A program made the translations under genes and the position numbers. Source: Chara braunii (taxonomy: Eukaryota; Plantae; Charophyceae). Taken from it: a stretch of 64,000 nt of DNA. The DNA lies in assembly GCA_003427395.1 (NCBI GenBank), contig BFEA01000019.1, forward strand, positions 2,173,169-2,237,168. The letters run 5' to 3'. Shown piece by piece: positions 48,220-61,502 of the stretch (position 1 is its first letter; every line of letters starts with the position of its first letter). The notes under the pieces are model-generated. The model saw only the letters and a program-made list of their open reading frames with translations. It made no database searches and was not told the origin of the DNA.

Positions 48220-51200
48220 TCAAGGTGGGGTACTAGTTCGTTCCCCATGGCCTATAGTGGCCAATAACCAAGGGCAGAAGGAGATTTTCCCCCTATCATC
48301 AATTCTAGATAAACCTGAATCTCGTCCCCAGGTATCCCAAAACCATTTCCGTTGGTTTGAGTTGATTCCTCTTGACGTACATCTCTGCCAATCACTGTGA
48401 ATCGTTCTTCTGATCTCTGAGGCGATCAACTTTTTGACTTGAACATCAGACATGAATTGTCGTCGGAACAATTGACTGTTTCTGTCATCCCAGATAATCT
48501 TCAAAAGAATGGCTCTAATTACCTGCGCCACGTACTTCCATTCACTCTTTCCATTCCCAAGGCCAATCAGTATCCACTCATCTGTCCACACAAAACTGTT
48601 CTTGGTTATCTTGATCCAATGTTGGATCCACCAATCCCATATCCGACATGAAGCAGGGCATGTAAGCCATAAGTGTCTCGTAGTCAACTCTGTCCAAAAA
48701 GTCTGCATGGCTTCCATATAGATGCCTGGCGTGCCTTGTTCCGACCATCTCTTCGACACCGTGGTAAACGGTTGCTTCTTAACCTTCCTTCTCAGAAGAT
48801 TTGTGCCCAATTTAGGTTTATACAAATCCAAGGGTAACATCTTTCCAATCCGGGTGTTAAACCAGCCCAAGATGGACGGGTGACAGCCTAATGAAGTCAC
48901 TGGGCTGCCTTCTGCAACTAGCAGAGTTCTCATCCGGGTTGGCCAGGCTAGCTCCTTGCCCTGACGCTGTGATACAGACCGAACCACGATTTCCTGCACC
49001 CCTCTCATAGAATCCAGTTTTCCTTTTTCCCCCGGATGAATCTCTTTAGTAAATGCCAAGTCATCAGTCGTATGCCATTCTATTGTTTCTAAACCTCCGT
49101 CCAACGCCGGACCCTTGATTTGCCAGAAATCAAAGTTCCCATGTTCATTCCGTTTCCTTTCCCAAATTCTTTCCTTTGGTATTGAATCTGTCTGTATAAT
49201 CCTCACCCAACTCACCGGTATGGCTTCAGTTAATTTCTAAAGATTTATCTAGACATTTCTCAGTCTTGGAAGTTTTTGTTTTAGGGCGTCACAATCAATC
49301 CAGCTTTGTTTATCTTCATCCCAAATATCTATGACCCTGACAACTCCCCGTTCGATCCATGCCCTACCAAAACTCCCTTAGGACCCTTGGGCTAAAAAGG
49401 AGTTCCCAACTTCATCCACAATAAGAGGGTTTTCAAATAGAACCTGAGAAAGGACAGTATCTTTCGAGTTCGGTGGTATTCTCTCCATAGGTAGCAATCT
49501 CCTCCAAGCATACAAGACATCCCCCCAGAACTTCGACTTCAGTTGCTTATTAACATAAGAAGGTATTAACAAGCAGGCACGAACATCCTCTTGTCTGCTC
49601 AACGACCATTCTTCACTCAAAATCTGCATACCAAGGGTCCACCACGGTTCTTTCGAGTTTGCAGTCAGGGCCTTTACTGGCCATTTAGCCAATAATGCCA
49701 AGTTTTGTGTTTTGGGATCCAGAATTCCTAACCCTCCTTGGTGTCTGGGAAAGGTGATTGTTTCCCAGGCCACCTTGGAGATATACCCATCTTGTTCCTG
49801 CGCTTTCGGTTTCCAAACAAAACGCCCTGCCGCCTTCTTGATGTGCCCATAGGCCTTGTCCCCCAGGCGGTGAACTGCTAGCGTGAACCATAGCACCGAC
49901 CCTGCAGCTGTTGATAAAACCAAGGCTCGTCCCTAGAGTGATAAGTGCCTCGTCTGTTTCCAACTTACTATTTGATTGCAGAACTTTTCCACCAAAATAG
50001 CATCTTAAAATTCAGAGTTGTCAGTCAAGGACACTTGCACCCCCAGAAATCGTTCCGAGGCGTCAGCAGGCACAATCTTTAAACCCCAGTTAGCATTCAA
50101 ATTGTAGAATGGTGGCAAAAAATAGGTAGACTTATTCCAATTAATAGCGGCCTCCGATAATTCACAGTAGGTATTCAATATTAATCTTAAGGATCTAAGG
50201 TTCTCTCTGTTGTTCTGACAGGCAACAGTTAGGTCATCCGCCAGCGCTCCCCCTTTCCATTGGATGCAGTTTCTCAGCTTCAAACCCACAATTTCGTCAT
50301 TAAACCGGATATTATCCAACAGAATTTCCAAATGTACAACAAAAAGAAGGGGGGCAAGGGGACAACCTTGCCTGAGAGATCTAGTAAGAGAAAATTCCTT
50401 CGATTGTTGACCGTTAATCATAACTGTAGCTGTTGCCTCAGAATACATCACATTGACCCACCTGCAGAAGGGTTGACCGAATCCCATATGTTTCAAGGTG
50501 GTCATCACAAAGGCCCAGCCTACATGGTCCTAGGCCTTCTCCATATCAAGGAGGAGGATCGCTACATCTAGGTTGTCCTTTGTGATGATTTCCAGAGCTT
50601 GAATAGTAGCTATAATATTCTCGGTGATGCTTTTGTGCTTAACGAAGACCCCTTGTTCTTTCCCAATAAGGTCTGCCAAGTATCTAGCTAGTCGCAAGGC
50701 CAAAGCTTGCTAACAGTTTGTATGAAGCATTCAACAGTGAAATTGGTCGCCAGTTTTGGATTTCTTTTTTATCGTTTTTCTTATACAGCAAAGAGATTAC
50801 CCCTTTCGTCATACTTTTGTTTAACTTACCCCTTGTGAGTACCTTATTAAATATACTTACTAACATCGGACCCAGCTAAGGCCATAGGGCCAGATAAACC
50901 TCGATCGGGAGACCGTCTTCCCCCGGGCATTTGCCCTTTGCCATTCTATTGGCTGCCACTAATAATTCCTCTAGTGTCAATGGTTTATCCATGTTAAGAC
51001 GAGCCCTCGTTGAGATCCGCTGTCGGGGCAAATACCCTTGTCAGGGTATTTGCCGGGGTTTTCAACGTCGGACGCTGTCCGACTTTTTCGTGGAATTGAA
51101 GCACTTGACGAGACTGACGTTGCCAAAGTTGTTTAGACAGACCTATGACCGGTAGGCTTAAACTTTTTTTTTTAAGCTAGACGTCGCTGACGTCCGACTG

Positions 51201-54200
51201 AAATAGTGGTCATCAGTGGTGTGACCACTAATCACGGCATCTGACGGAGCTATCGAATAGTTTGGCTGAGGGACTACTAGAATTATACCTACCCTACCTA
51301 AGAAGGTGGCGCGTGGCGGTAGGCCGCACGATTCAGGGCCTAAGTGCGTTCAAAGTGGCGACCTTACCGGAGGCCGCGACGAGAGGTGAGTAGGAAGTTT
51401 TTTTTTTTTTTTTTAGGACCACGGGCGTCCGCACCAAGGGCTGAAATGGATGGCACGGTAACTGCAGGGTGCGGCAAGCGTAGGGCTCGCCAACCAGCCA
51501 CCCAGCCTGCAGCCACCCAGCGTGCAGCCAGCCGGCCAGCAACCAGCCTGCAGCCAGTCGGCCAACAATCAGCCACCCACCCAGCCTGCAGCTACCCAGC
51601 GTGCATCCAGTCGGCCAGCAATCAGCCAGCAATCAGTCAGCGACCAGCCAGCCGCAGATTGAAGCAGTAGAAGTCCGCTGGCCTGGATGGCAGCCTGCTG
51701 GGCCCCGTAACCCTTCATATATGTGAGCTGTTTTCATCCCTATATGAGATAGGAGGTAGCCCAGTAGGTAGAAGAATGCCTGCAAAGGAGGTTGATTGTG
51801 TCTACATGGGCTGATGCAAAAGATGGTTTTCTTTCTGCCTTCCAGTCTGGCTGCTTGTAAAAATGACTTGATGTTGTGATGAAGGTTATTCTGCGTCTGT
51901 TGTAAAATGAACTCGATTGAAAATAAGCAAAGTAAGGTCAAACGAACTTAGTCTTTTCCCAGGGAATGACCCTTTCTGTCCCGAATGACCTTATCTGCCT
52001 ATACGTGTCCAAATGATTTTCGTTCTCTATCTCCTTCGACCTCTTTTCGTCCCAGTTACCCTGGACTTAGGAGATATATGAAAGCTACTTGCAGTGGACA
52101 CATCTTCTATTTCTAGGAAGCATCTGGGACGGGGGTTCGTTGCTTTAGGATTATCGACCCAGAGTGGACCGTTCTACAGGGGGGTACTTTACCGATTCGA
52201 TGGAGACGGCCCGACTTCTGGGATCCGAGTTGTGTGCTCGGGCGAGGAGAAGGAGTAACCCAGACCACTTCCTAGAGGGAGAGGCATGCGACATCTCAAG
52301 CAATGCCCCTAATAAAAAAATCATTCGCAACGCAGCCTGTTATCTGATAAGATTGAGAAAGTATGGACACAGGTTTGAGCGAGTATAATCATAGGTTGGT
52401 GGTAGGTTGGAATGAATGACATTGGCAACGTGTCTCATCAAGTTAAAACTAAGGCAGTTTGACTACCTTGTCGGCTGCATCTATGTTATTGTCTATACCC
52501 AACTCCTCGTTGGCAGCTGTATGATTGTTTTGTGGAGTTCGACCCGAGGTGGTCGGGGTTTATTTTGATATTGTATTATTGAATGTTTCATATGATAATT
52601 CGATTTCTTTCAGGTATCATTTCAGATTGAATATTTACTCGCCTCGGCTACAATCGACTTCTTTGATGTAATTATATGTGTGGTTGTTGTAACCTTCGCC
52701 TGAGTATGTGTTAAAGGGACTAAGATTAATGTTGGGTTTCATCTTGCGACATTGGATGTATCAAATTAAGATTTTGTTTCTTTTAATTATTATTTTAGAT
52801 TGGACATATGGTTCTATCGACTACAGTCGATTCCTTTCGATGTAACTATGTATGATCGTTATAACTTTCTTTTGATTGTATGTTAAAGGGACTAGGATTA
52901 AAGTTGAGGGTTTCACGCTTGGTTGAGACAGTCTTAGTCGACGGACGTCCGCTTCGTACCTAGGAGATCAGCGCCCTAGGAACGGACGACGATTGGGTCC
53001 AATTGGCGTTAACCAAGCGTATCTATACTACAGCGAACGAGCAAACGCCCTCGGCTGACCTACCCCTGCGACTGCATTTAAAAGCTTTCGCATGTGGGTC
53101 GGTAGCTCGGTAGGGATACGCCCCTAAGGGTGGTGACAGCCCCTTAGGGAAGCAAGCTTATGCCCCACGGGAACCTATCCTGTCGTAGGGGACCGTGGGA
53201 TGTATAGCTGGCGCACCCGGCCAGAGCGGCGAGAGGACGACGCGGCCGCACCCGTTTCGACGACATGCGGGATCTTTTGCGTCGTTCTTGAGTTGTTCTG
53301 TTTGGTTTTGGTTTTTGTTTAAACTCCTGCATGACGTAGCCGGGAGGGCCCTCGCCCGTGCGAGGGCCGATGCGCTCGACACCGCTTCTGAGAGCGGCTC
53401 CAAAAGTTGTTTGTTGTTCTCAAGTCGGTGTCCATATCTTCATACGGTCGACGGGTTGTTAATATATCTTCAAAGTACAATTTAGCAAATTCACACATCT
53501 GATGCAAATCTTCAGAGATTATCAGCTGAGTGGAAAACGGATGCAACAGCGCCTTCATTTGTGGGTGGACTTTTTGTAGTATCAGGCGTCGAAAGGTATC
53601 TTTAGTCAGTCTATCACCTGTGATTATATTCCTCTGACTAAGTCATGCCTTCCACTGTTCTTGTTCCAAAATGTGCATTGCTTCCAGCTTAGCCATCAAT
53701 CTTTTTCTTATTCTTGTCCAATATGCATCTGAGACTTCATCTTGGCCAAGACTAGCCTCTGCACATTGGATTCTTTGAATTCTTCTCTCGTCCCTTCTTC
53801 GATTTTGCGCTTTGATTTGTAAAAAAAACGTTAAAGGTTTTCTGCAGAATGTGAATACCAACTTCAACCAGTCATTCTCTTCCGTGAATAGTTTCCTCGC
53901 CCCCTGCCAAGTTTCAAGTTGATTCTGCGCCCAAACAATAATACCAGGATCCTTCAGAAGCGATACATTTAATCTGTATTATCCTGGACCTCTTTTGGGG
54001 GCATCACTGAACTGGAAACCCCCTATAACTGGCCTGTGGTCCGAGAGGTCCGAGAAGTGTATGTCCACGTCCATGCACTCCTGCCAAGGCATCCCTTTCA
54101 TCAAAAGATAGTCTAATCTTTTACGGGTTGGCGGGGTTTGAGAACCAAACCAGGTGTAGGCCTGTGTGGTTGGATGGAGCATTCGGTACGCATCGATCAG

Positions 54201-54737
54201 ATTTTGTGAGATAATGAAGGAGTGCAATAATCTACTGTCTGGTCTGATCGAGCCTGCTTGTGGGCTGTCAAGACCCGAATTTAAGATGGTTTTCCAATCT
54301 GCAGCAAGAACGAGATTATCCGAGTCTGGTATTATTCCGGGAAGCTCTGATAAAAAAATCAATCTTTCATTATAATCCACATGTACATAGATAGACATGA
54401 CAATCCATTCTTGATATGCTACTTCAAATTTCACCCAAACCCACCTACCCCACAGATCCACCATTGAGTCAATAATTATCGCGTCTAGATTTGTATGAAT
54501 TAATACTGCAATTCCTCCCTTTGTGCCTTGTGTCGGAGACCAGAACTGATGACCTGTCCACCAACTTTCTATTTCAAAACAGCGAGATTCGTCTAGTTTC
54601 GTTTCTTGAAGGCAAGCCACCTGAATCTTCTTTTCATATAGCCAGGACTTTAATCAATTCCGTCTCTGCTTGGTACCAGTATCGCACAGTCCCCTTACGT
54701 TCCAAGAGACAAGCCTCAGCTTGCCTCTAAGAGGCAT
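48220..54737 (-). pseudogene. L1/Tx1-type LINE ORF2 (APE endonuclease + reverse transcriptase), disrupted
   Basis: MPLRGKLRLVSWNVRGL...CLQETK...RLDYLL...SDHRPV (EN); PGEDG, WRPISLLN, LRQGCPLAPLLF, ALADD (RT); HLWLTCP. Several in-frame stops and a solo-LTR insertion. Confidence 0.93.
51021..53381. mobile_element. 2361-bp solo LTR (or LTR-derived element) inserted in LINE ORF2
   Basis: Termini TGTCG...CGACA with 4-bp TSD CCGC. Removing it restores the LINE frame ...WSRSQKR|ISTRARLNMDKPLT. Confidence 0.88.
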
Positions 54738-56861
54738 GGAGGACTGCGTGACCGGCAGCGGAATGAATGCGGCTTCCTACCCCTTTGACCCCCTGTGAAT
54801 GTTTCCTTCGTCGACTTTCCTCTCCTTTTGATGACTTTTTCCACGTTTTCTGAAGCAGTAATACTAATTTCGGTGTGAAAATTAGATCCCTCTGTGCCGA
54901 TGTCGTCAGCCATTCCGCAATGACTGCAGCCGAGATTTCTGGACTCACTCGGATGCCCTGCAGATCCTTGTTGAGTGGAGAAGACAGAGATGCCAGAGGA
55001 AACCAGGTTCTATTCTGCCCTAATATAATACTATTCGTCTCATCATTCATTTGTACTTCCATTAAGGCATAATAGAACCGTGTTTTTTTCCCCTTTTCTT
55101 GTTTCCACATTTTGTCCTTCAACTCGAGATTGAGGAATAATGCGAGTCTTCAATCCTTCCGGGATAATTTGTGAGACTTTACTTAGGATAGTATTACCCG
55201 TCAGGGGGGCATCTGCTGCCGCCGTAACCAGTTTCAGGCAACCGTCATTCGCTTGAGAAGCAAGTACCATCATCCCTTTGTCTGAGTTAGCACATAGGAG
55301 GGGGACCAAAATTTTTGGAATGTCCTTGTCCACCCGCTCCAGAGTCGTGAGAGGTTGCACATCTCTTAGTACAACGTGGTGGCCCACCTTCCTGTTCCCC
55401 GAGTCCTTATTTATCAAGGACTCCCTACTAGAACCTAACTCTGAACCATAACTTCTGCCCTTTCATCATTATCCTCGTCAGACTACACTCTCGATCTTTT
55501 GAAAGGTGAGTGCTCGCTCCTCTTACTTTTCCATTTCTCTTTGCCAAGAGCGGCTTTCACCGCCAATACCAAAGCGTTCCGGTCAAAACTTTTATTACCC
55601 GCACGATCATGGTCACCCCCTTCATCCAAATCCCCATTTACCGCATTTTTGTGAGTGAGGGTTGGTTCCGCTTCCTTATCTGCAGCTGAATGTTCCTTTT
55701 GGCTCAATCTGCCATCAGAATTCGAGTGATGCGTTGAGAGAGATTTGACGCCTGGCATGTGAGAATCGTAAGAACCCTCTTTTGAGCTACTCTTCTTGCT
55801 ACTCATGTGAGACTTCACAGACTCGTGTTTCCTTGAGCCATTACGGCTTCCATGGGGAGAAGGATACCGAGAATTCGATCGGCTTCTCACCACCGAGGGT
55901 GCTTTTTTGACCTTAGATCTTTCGTTCAACTGAGTCGTTGCTGGTTTACGACCAAAGAAACGCCGAAATCCCGTGGCAGGGGGGTCTTCTCCTAAGGGGA
56001 CAAACCGAAAAATGGCGGAGTCGGTGGAAAATATTTTTGGCGCATCTGTGCCGTGAAAGGGTCGGGATCTTCATATGCTGGACAACACTCATCCTTCTCT
56101 GTGTGGTAGTTGGTTCGACAAGCAGTGCACCAAGGTGTCGCAACTGAAATAACTTCAAAGTGATAAGTACCCTGGCGTGGAATACCCACCAGGAGCCGCG
56201 GTCTGACTACCTTTCTAGCCTTGAATTCCAAGTCAAAGCGTACTGTGCCCAATTCCGGTTCATCCTCATATTCCTCGAATGGATGTACTTTCAACACTTC
56301 ACCGACTGTTCTTTCCACTGCTGTCTGAAGTGGTGCTAAAAGTTGAAGGGGTACTCGGGGACATCGAATCCAACAAACCTTGGACATCCACGGCACAAAG
56401 GTAAGTTTATACCTCTTTCCCCCCAACTCCAAAACATCTTCCTTCTTTTTTTTCAACCATTCGATCACGGACGATTGCGAGGACACAAACGAGGCGAGAT
56501 TTTTTCCTTCATTTTGGTAGCGACCCCTTTTAACCGAATCAGAGATCAACCCTGCGTCGTACCAAGAATCCTCATAAACTCTTATGAGTTTCTTCTTGGT
56601 ATCGTTCGACAAAATTGATGCTCTTTCTTGGAACACCACGGTGATCGCGTGCTCGCGCAGCCAAGTTAGATTCAATTCCGAAAAATTGTCATTCAAATCG
56701 AAGCGAGCAAAATCATCCCCTAACTCAGCCACACCAATATCCAAACCAGAAGGTAAAACCCCATCTCTGAAGCAAGCCTCGAGTATTGAGCATATCTGTT
56801 CCTTCTCCTCTCTCGTATAAACTCTCTCCGAAATCGATATAATGGTAATAAAATGATTCAA
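54727..56861 (-). pseudogene. LINE ORF1 (gag-like; zinc-knuckle-like motif, Ser/Arg/Lys-rich middle), broken by stops/frameshifts
   Basis: Consecutive minus-strand ORF pieces directly upstream of ORF2; WIRCPRVP..VGEVLKV and CTACRTNYH motifs. Confidence 0.75.
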
Positions 56862-58253
56862 TGTGGCGAGTTTGACTTCTCGTAAGAATATTTAATATAT
56901 ACGCCGCTAAAAAAAGGAATAAGTCAACCAGGTTTACCACTTATCCATCAGCATGCAACCGAGGTAAAAGAAGCGTGGAGATACCTCTACTTGGTTTGCG
57001 TTGAACAGTCGTTTGCAGTAGGAGGAATGACTCTCCCGTTCCACTGGCAGTCTCTTGTTGCTATTCGTCTTCATGTCTCGTGGCGTTAAGCATTGAAGCG
57101 TCAACCTTCAGAGAGCATCGGCCTATGACGGACCGCTTGTGGTTAGGCTACACCCAGCCTTAGAGGCTGTTTGCTAATCGGTGTGAAAGCAGTGTCCTAA
57201 CCCTAACCTCCATAGCTTCAGCTACAGGGTTAAGCGGCAGCTGCGATTACCTCGAAAGTACCGAGAGTAACACAAAGGTATCGCAGGTGACATCCGTGAG
57301 GAGGAGCGCGTTAGCGCTACCCTAGCGGCGCCCATCAGGGGTTTTCCAAAAACTTCAATCTTTGTCAGAGGGGCGCTGCAGGGTAATTCGGCCGTTAAAG
57401 GGGCACGCTGCAAATAAATCGAACTTTGAGGGGCATATCGAAAACTTTCCCATTAGAAAAGAGGTCGGGGACCTCACAATTCAACCCGAAGTTATCCCGG
57501 CAGCCTCAGTCGGTTTCGCTTATAGCCGTCAGGACGGGGACCTACATGCTAAACATACCGCTCCACTCAACCCTGGTTGATGTAACCAAACACTGACTAC
57601 CTTTACCTGTTCTGTGACTACTACTACCAAACTACTACCACACTACCCGCATAACCTATACCTATGATACACAGGCCTATACGGCCTGACACCAGCCTAA
57701 GATGACCGGTTGGAACCGAGGTTCCTAGCAACCATGGTACTCTACCACCCTCCACCCCTATGTGACCTCCTGCGGTCGGCACTTCGAACCGAGATACCCT
57801 GGTTCATAGACACGTCCTCCTTCCCCACTAACTTACCCTGTCAGCCACTTGGAGACTATCAGTCCACGCGAGGAGTGAACCCCTGCCAACTGGTTCCCTT
57901 TAGCCCAAGAACGCAGAAACCACCAGAGTTGCTGCCTGGAGCCTTTCCAGCACTTGGCCTTCTTTCTCCAGTCTGCCCACAGCGCCGTTCTCAGGCCTCG
58001 CTTTATAGCCGCCTGGATTTCTCGGTCTGAAAATGGCCTTCTCTCGAATCTAGACCGGTTCCTATCTGCCCAGATGACTGAGCAGATAACCCGCCTCGTT
58101 ACCTGGGCTAAATAGGGTCATCCCTTCGTCCCCGGTTGCTCCTCTTGTACCATGCCCAACAGAACCCAACATTCATCCCACTCAATGCCTACTCCCCCAA
58201 CGTTGCAATGAGAGGATACCTTATAGGTCAAAGGGATTCTAGTACATGACCGG

Positions 58254-58635
58254 ATGCCCAAAGAGACATTTTGGAAACTCCTGCCAAGTTCTGCCTTCCA
58301 CCAAGTGGTTCATCTGAACCACCCGTTTGAACCAGGGGCCCCTCATGCTATTAAACAAAGTGATATATCGGAGTATGCAAGGCTCTACTACGCGGATATC
58401 TTGACGACGAGACGGGACCAAGACACGGTGGAGACCGATCTGTCGGAAGTGCTTAACATGTGGGAAGATACAGCGGTTACCCTATCTGAGTCAGACAAGT
58501 TGGCATTGGATAGACCGGTTACAGAAGAAAAGTTGAAACAGACCCTGAAGGTGATGGCGGTAGGGAAGTGTCCAGGACGGGATGGGCTCACGGTGGAGTA
58601 CTACCGGGCATGTTGGGGGTCCCTGGGGCCTGCGC
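58254..58635 (+). pseudogene. Second LINE ORF2 fragment (EN-RT linker), truncated by an LTR-like terminus
   Basis: YYADILTTRR...LDRPVTEEKL...GKCPGRDGLTVEYY, homologous to YFEDILTTRR...GKCPGEDG of the large LINE. Confidence 0.85.
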
Positions 58636-59241
58636 TGTGACGCCCAAAACCTCACGCCCGGCGCGACTTCCTGATCGGAGTGGGATGTGGGTCTGGAAGT
58701 GCGAAAAGGGGTGTGCCAAGGATTTTTGGGAAAGTGGGGGTGGAGTCCAAGGTCAGAACTAAGATCTCAGGTGGCAAGGATTCATGGGCATATGTGCAAT
58801 AAGGCTAAGGGACGGGTTACTGGCGGTCTGATGACGGTCGATGTCGTGCGGCATAAGGCAGAAGGCATGCGCGGTGCATCTTAGGTCGCTCGATTCGTCT
58901 GTTTAGTGGCGGCGGTTTGGGAGAGGCCCGTTTGTAAGGGTTGTGATTTCTATGAGTCGGTCCTCCGGGTGCGGACGCGTGGTGTTTGACGTTGCGTGTT
59001 ATGGTTAGGCTCCGTAATTCCAAAGGCCCGGCGGTTGTTGCGTCGTCTGCAGTTTCTGTACGGCGTGTGGGGCCAATACGGGGCTATGGAGTTCCACGCA
59101 ACCACCGTGAGCTGGTGGTATGGGAGGAGGATGTGGAAGGGAGGGAAATTGGTAGCGATAACAACGAAGTCAGGGGATATGAAGTATTGCGTGTTATACG
59201 TAGTTGGGTAATCGGGGCACCTTAGGTCGCTGGTTACGACA
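58636..59241. mobile_element. Probable LTR beginning TGTGACGCCC (right end uncertain)
   Basis: Abrupt break of the LINE frame at a Gypsy-like TGTGACGCCC start; resembles the 33616 start. Confidence 0.45.
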
Positions 59242-60299
59242 CAGTGAAATTCCCTGGCGCACAGCCGGTTCTCCGTTAGACAGGGAAATTCCGGATATCT
59301 GCACCTAAGATATTCTTCCTCTCAGTGCTCTAAGTATTCCTGGTCCGCGGTGCATAGCATCTTGTCATTCCGGCGTATGCACACTTATGCCACGCTCGTC
59401 AGTGGTCGCGAGTCGCCTGCGTGTGGACACGTGTAGGCCACGCTTATCAGATCGCGCTTATAAGTGCGCTCACGAGGTGCTCAGTCGTACGCAGGCCTGC
59501 TGGATGATTCTTGTGCAAAAGTGAGAGTTCAATCCTACATGCAAAATCTCTACGTGGCATAGACAATCACCCAATCATCTGATCAAAGTGAATTCACACC
59601 ATTGCAACAACATTTAAGCAAAGAGGTTATACGAGCACGTGGCGAACACTCTGACAATCACAGTATGACCTCCTTCAAAATATACTTATGATCGTAGACA
59701 AAGTCAAATCTGGACTTCCACTCATAAAACATACCTGCAATCACATCAAGGACTTAACATCGATAATCCACACACTACACCGGGGCAACTTCAACCACTT
59801 TTTGCACTCATACCCCTTGCCTTATCCACACAAGTTTCAACCTTTGTCAAACCTTCCGAAATAAAACACTTAGTACCTTTTTAAATGACCATTTAATAAA
59901 AGTAGAATAAAACTCAAAGAAACAATTCAACCCACAGGGGCTAAGGCCTTTAGGTTGAGTGGCGGGAATGAGTTAAAGTCGAGTCATTGGCCGACGAATC
60001 GGCAACCGACCTGTTATCAAAAGATAATACAATACGATCTTTGTATGATTGGACTGAAATTAATCATATCTTGAACTGAAAAGACAAAAAATGACATGTA
60101 ACACAACACAGACCAAACCCCAATGCTAAACTTTAAGTATATTAAAAATAAACTTTCATATCATATCTTACTAAAAAGTCTCTTAAGACCAACTCTAAGT
60201 CTACCTTTTAATGGGTGCTAGAACAATAAGGAAACTTTTGACAGCATCTCCTCTATACAAGGTGGATAGCGAAAATCTTCCTTGTCAAAATATGACCTA

Positions 60300-60750
60300 G
60301 CTTCTCGAAATTAATAAAATTTTGGCAACAGTCCCTCTATGGAAAATGTATTTCCAAAATTTATACTTGACTGAATACAAAATTTGAAACCACCCTCAAT
60401 TATAAAGTGTCCAATTTTGTTTAACTCTTTGAATTAGTAAAAAATTGGGCAGCATCTTTTTTAAAGAAGTAAACTTCACTGATCTATACTAAGTCAGATC
60501 CAAACTCAAAATAAAACTTAACTACGTTGCATAGAGTACACATACAGGGTATTTTCGTACAAAACGTACAGGTAATATCAGAACGGGATCTGTACGGGAA
60601 CCTGTATGGAAACCTGTACGTCTTGTACGCCCCCGTACGAAAAAAAAAAAAAAAAAGTCATCAAAAAAATCAGAAAAACAAAAAGTGATGCAATAGCACA
60701 AAAAAAGAAAAATTGGTTGAGCTTTATCTTCAGATTCTTTTTAGAATTTG

Positions 60751-60813
<63 letters not shown>

Positions 60814-61260
60814 CATACGGGGCCCCTAGCGTACAAGGCGTACGAGTACAAGAGTACGAATCCGTACTCGTACGAGGATGCGTACAAGTGACAACGCAGA
60901 AACTTGAGTTCTACTAAGACAAAATTTAACTTACTCTTTAGATTTGTAAAAACTTCGACAACACTCCCCCTATAAAAAGTGTTATTCCAGAATTTGTACA
61001 AAGCTAAATACAAAAATATGAAAATAAATCTAACTTCACAAAGTCAAATTTTGTTTAACTCCCTGATTTAGTAAAAAATTGGGCAACACCTCCCATAGAA
61101 GAGAATGTTCTCCAGATTTTTACGAAGTCAGATACGAAACTTAGACAAAAGTTGAATTTTAAAAAGTTAAAATTTGACTAATTCATTGGTTTTGCAAAAA
61201 ATTAGGCAGCACTTTCCTTAGCGAAAGTGACTTTCCAAAATTTATACAAAACCAGGTATA
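60300..61260. repeat. Array of ~120-bp long-hairpin units (cassette B, array 1)
   Basis: Five clear units homologous to 42260-43270, interrupted by a small TIR element. Confidence 0.8.
60522..60899. mobile_element. Small hAT-like non-autonomous element with GTAC-rich subterminal repeats
   Basis: TIR CTACGTTG/CAACGCAG; 8-bp TSD AAACTTAA/AAACTTGA; about 14 GTAC motifs. Confidence 0.65.
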
Positions 61261-61502
61261 AAAAATAAAGTTAACCCAGAAATTTTCAGAAATTGAACCA
61301 ACTTTAATGACTCATGCACACGACAAACATCTAAAACAACTACCTATCAAAGTTGACATTAATACTAAGTATAACTTAGACTCAACCACATGTAAATTTA
61401 AACCACAATGAGTAAGTACTCTCACAAACATCCCAAGTTGTTATCTCATAAGGTAATTTATTGATCCTCCAGATGATTTACCTTTGTACCCATCATATTT
61501 AT

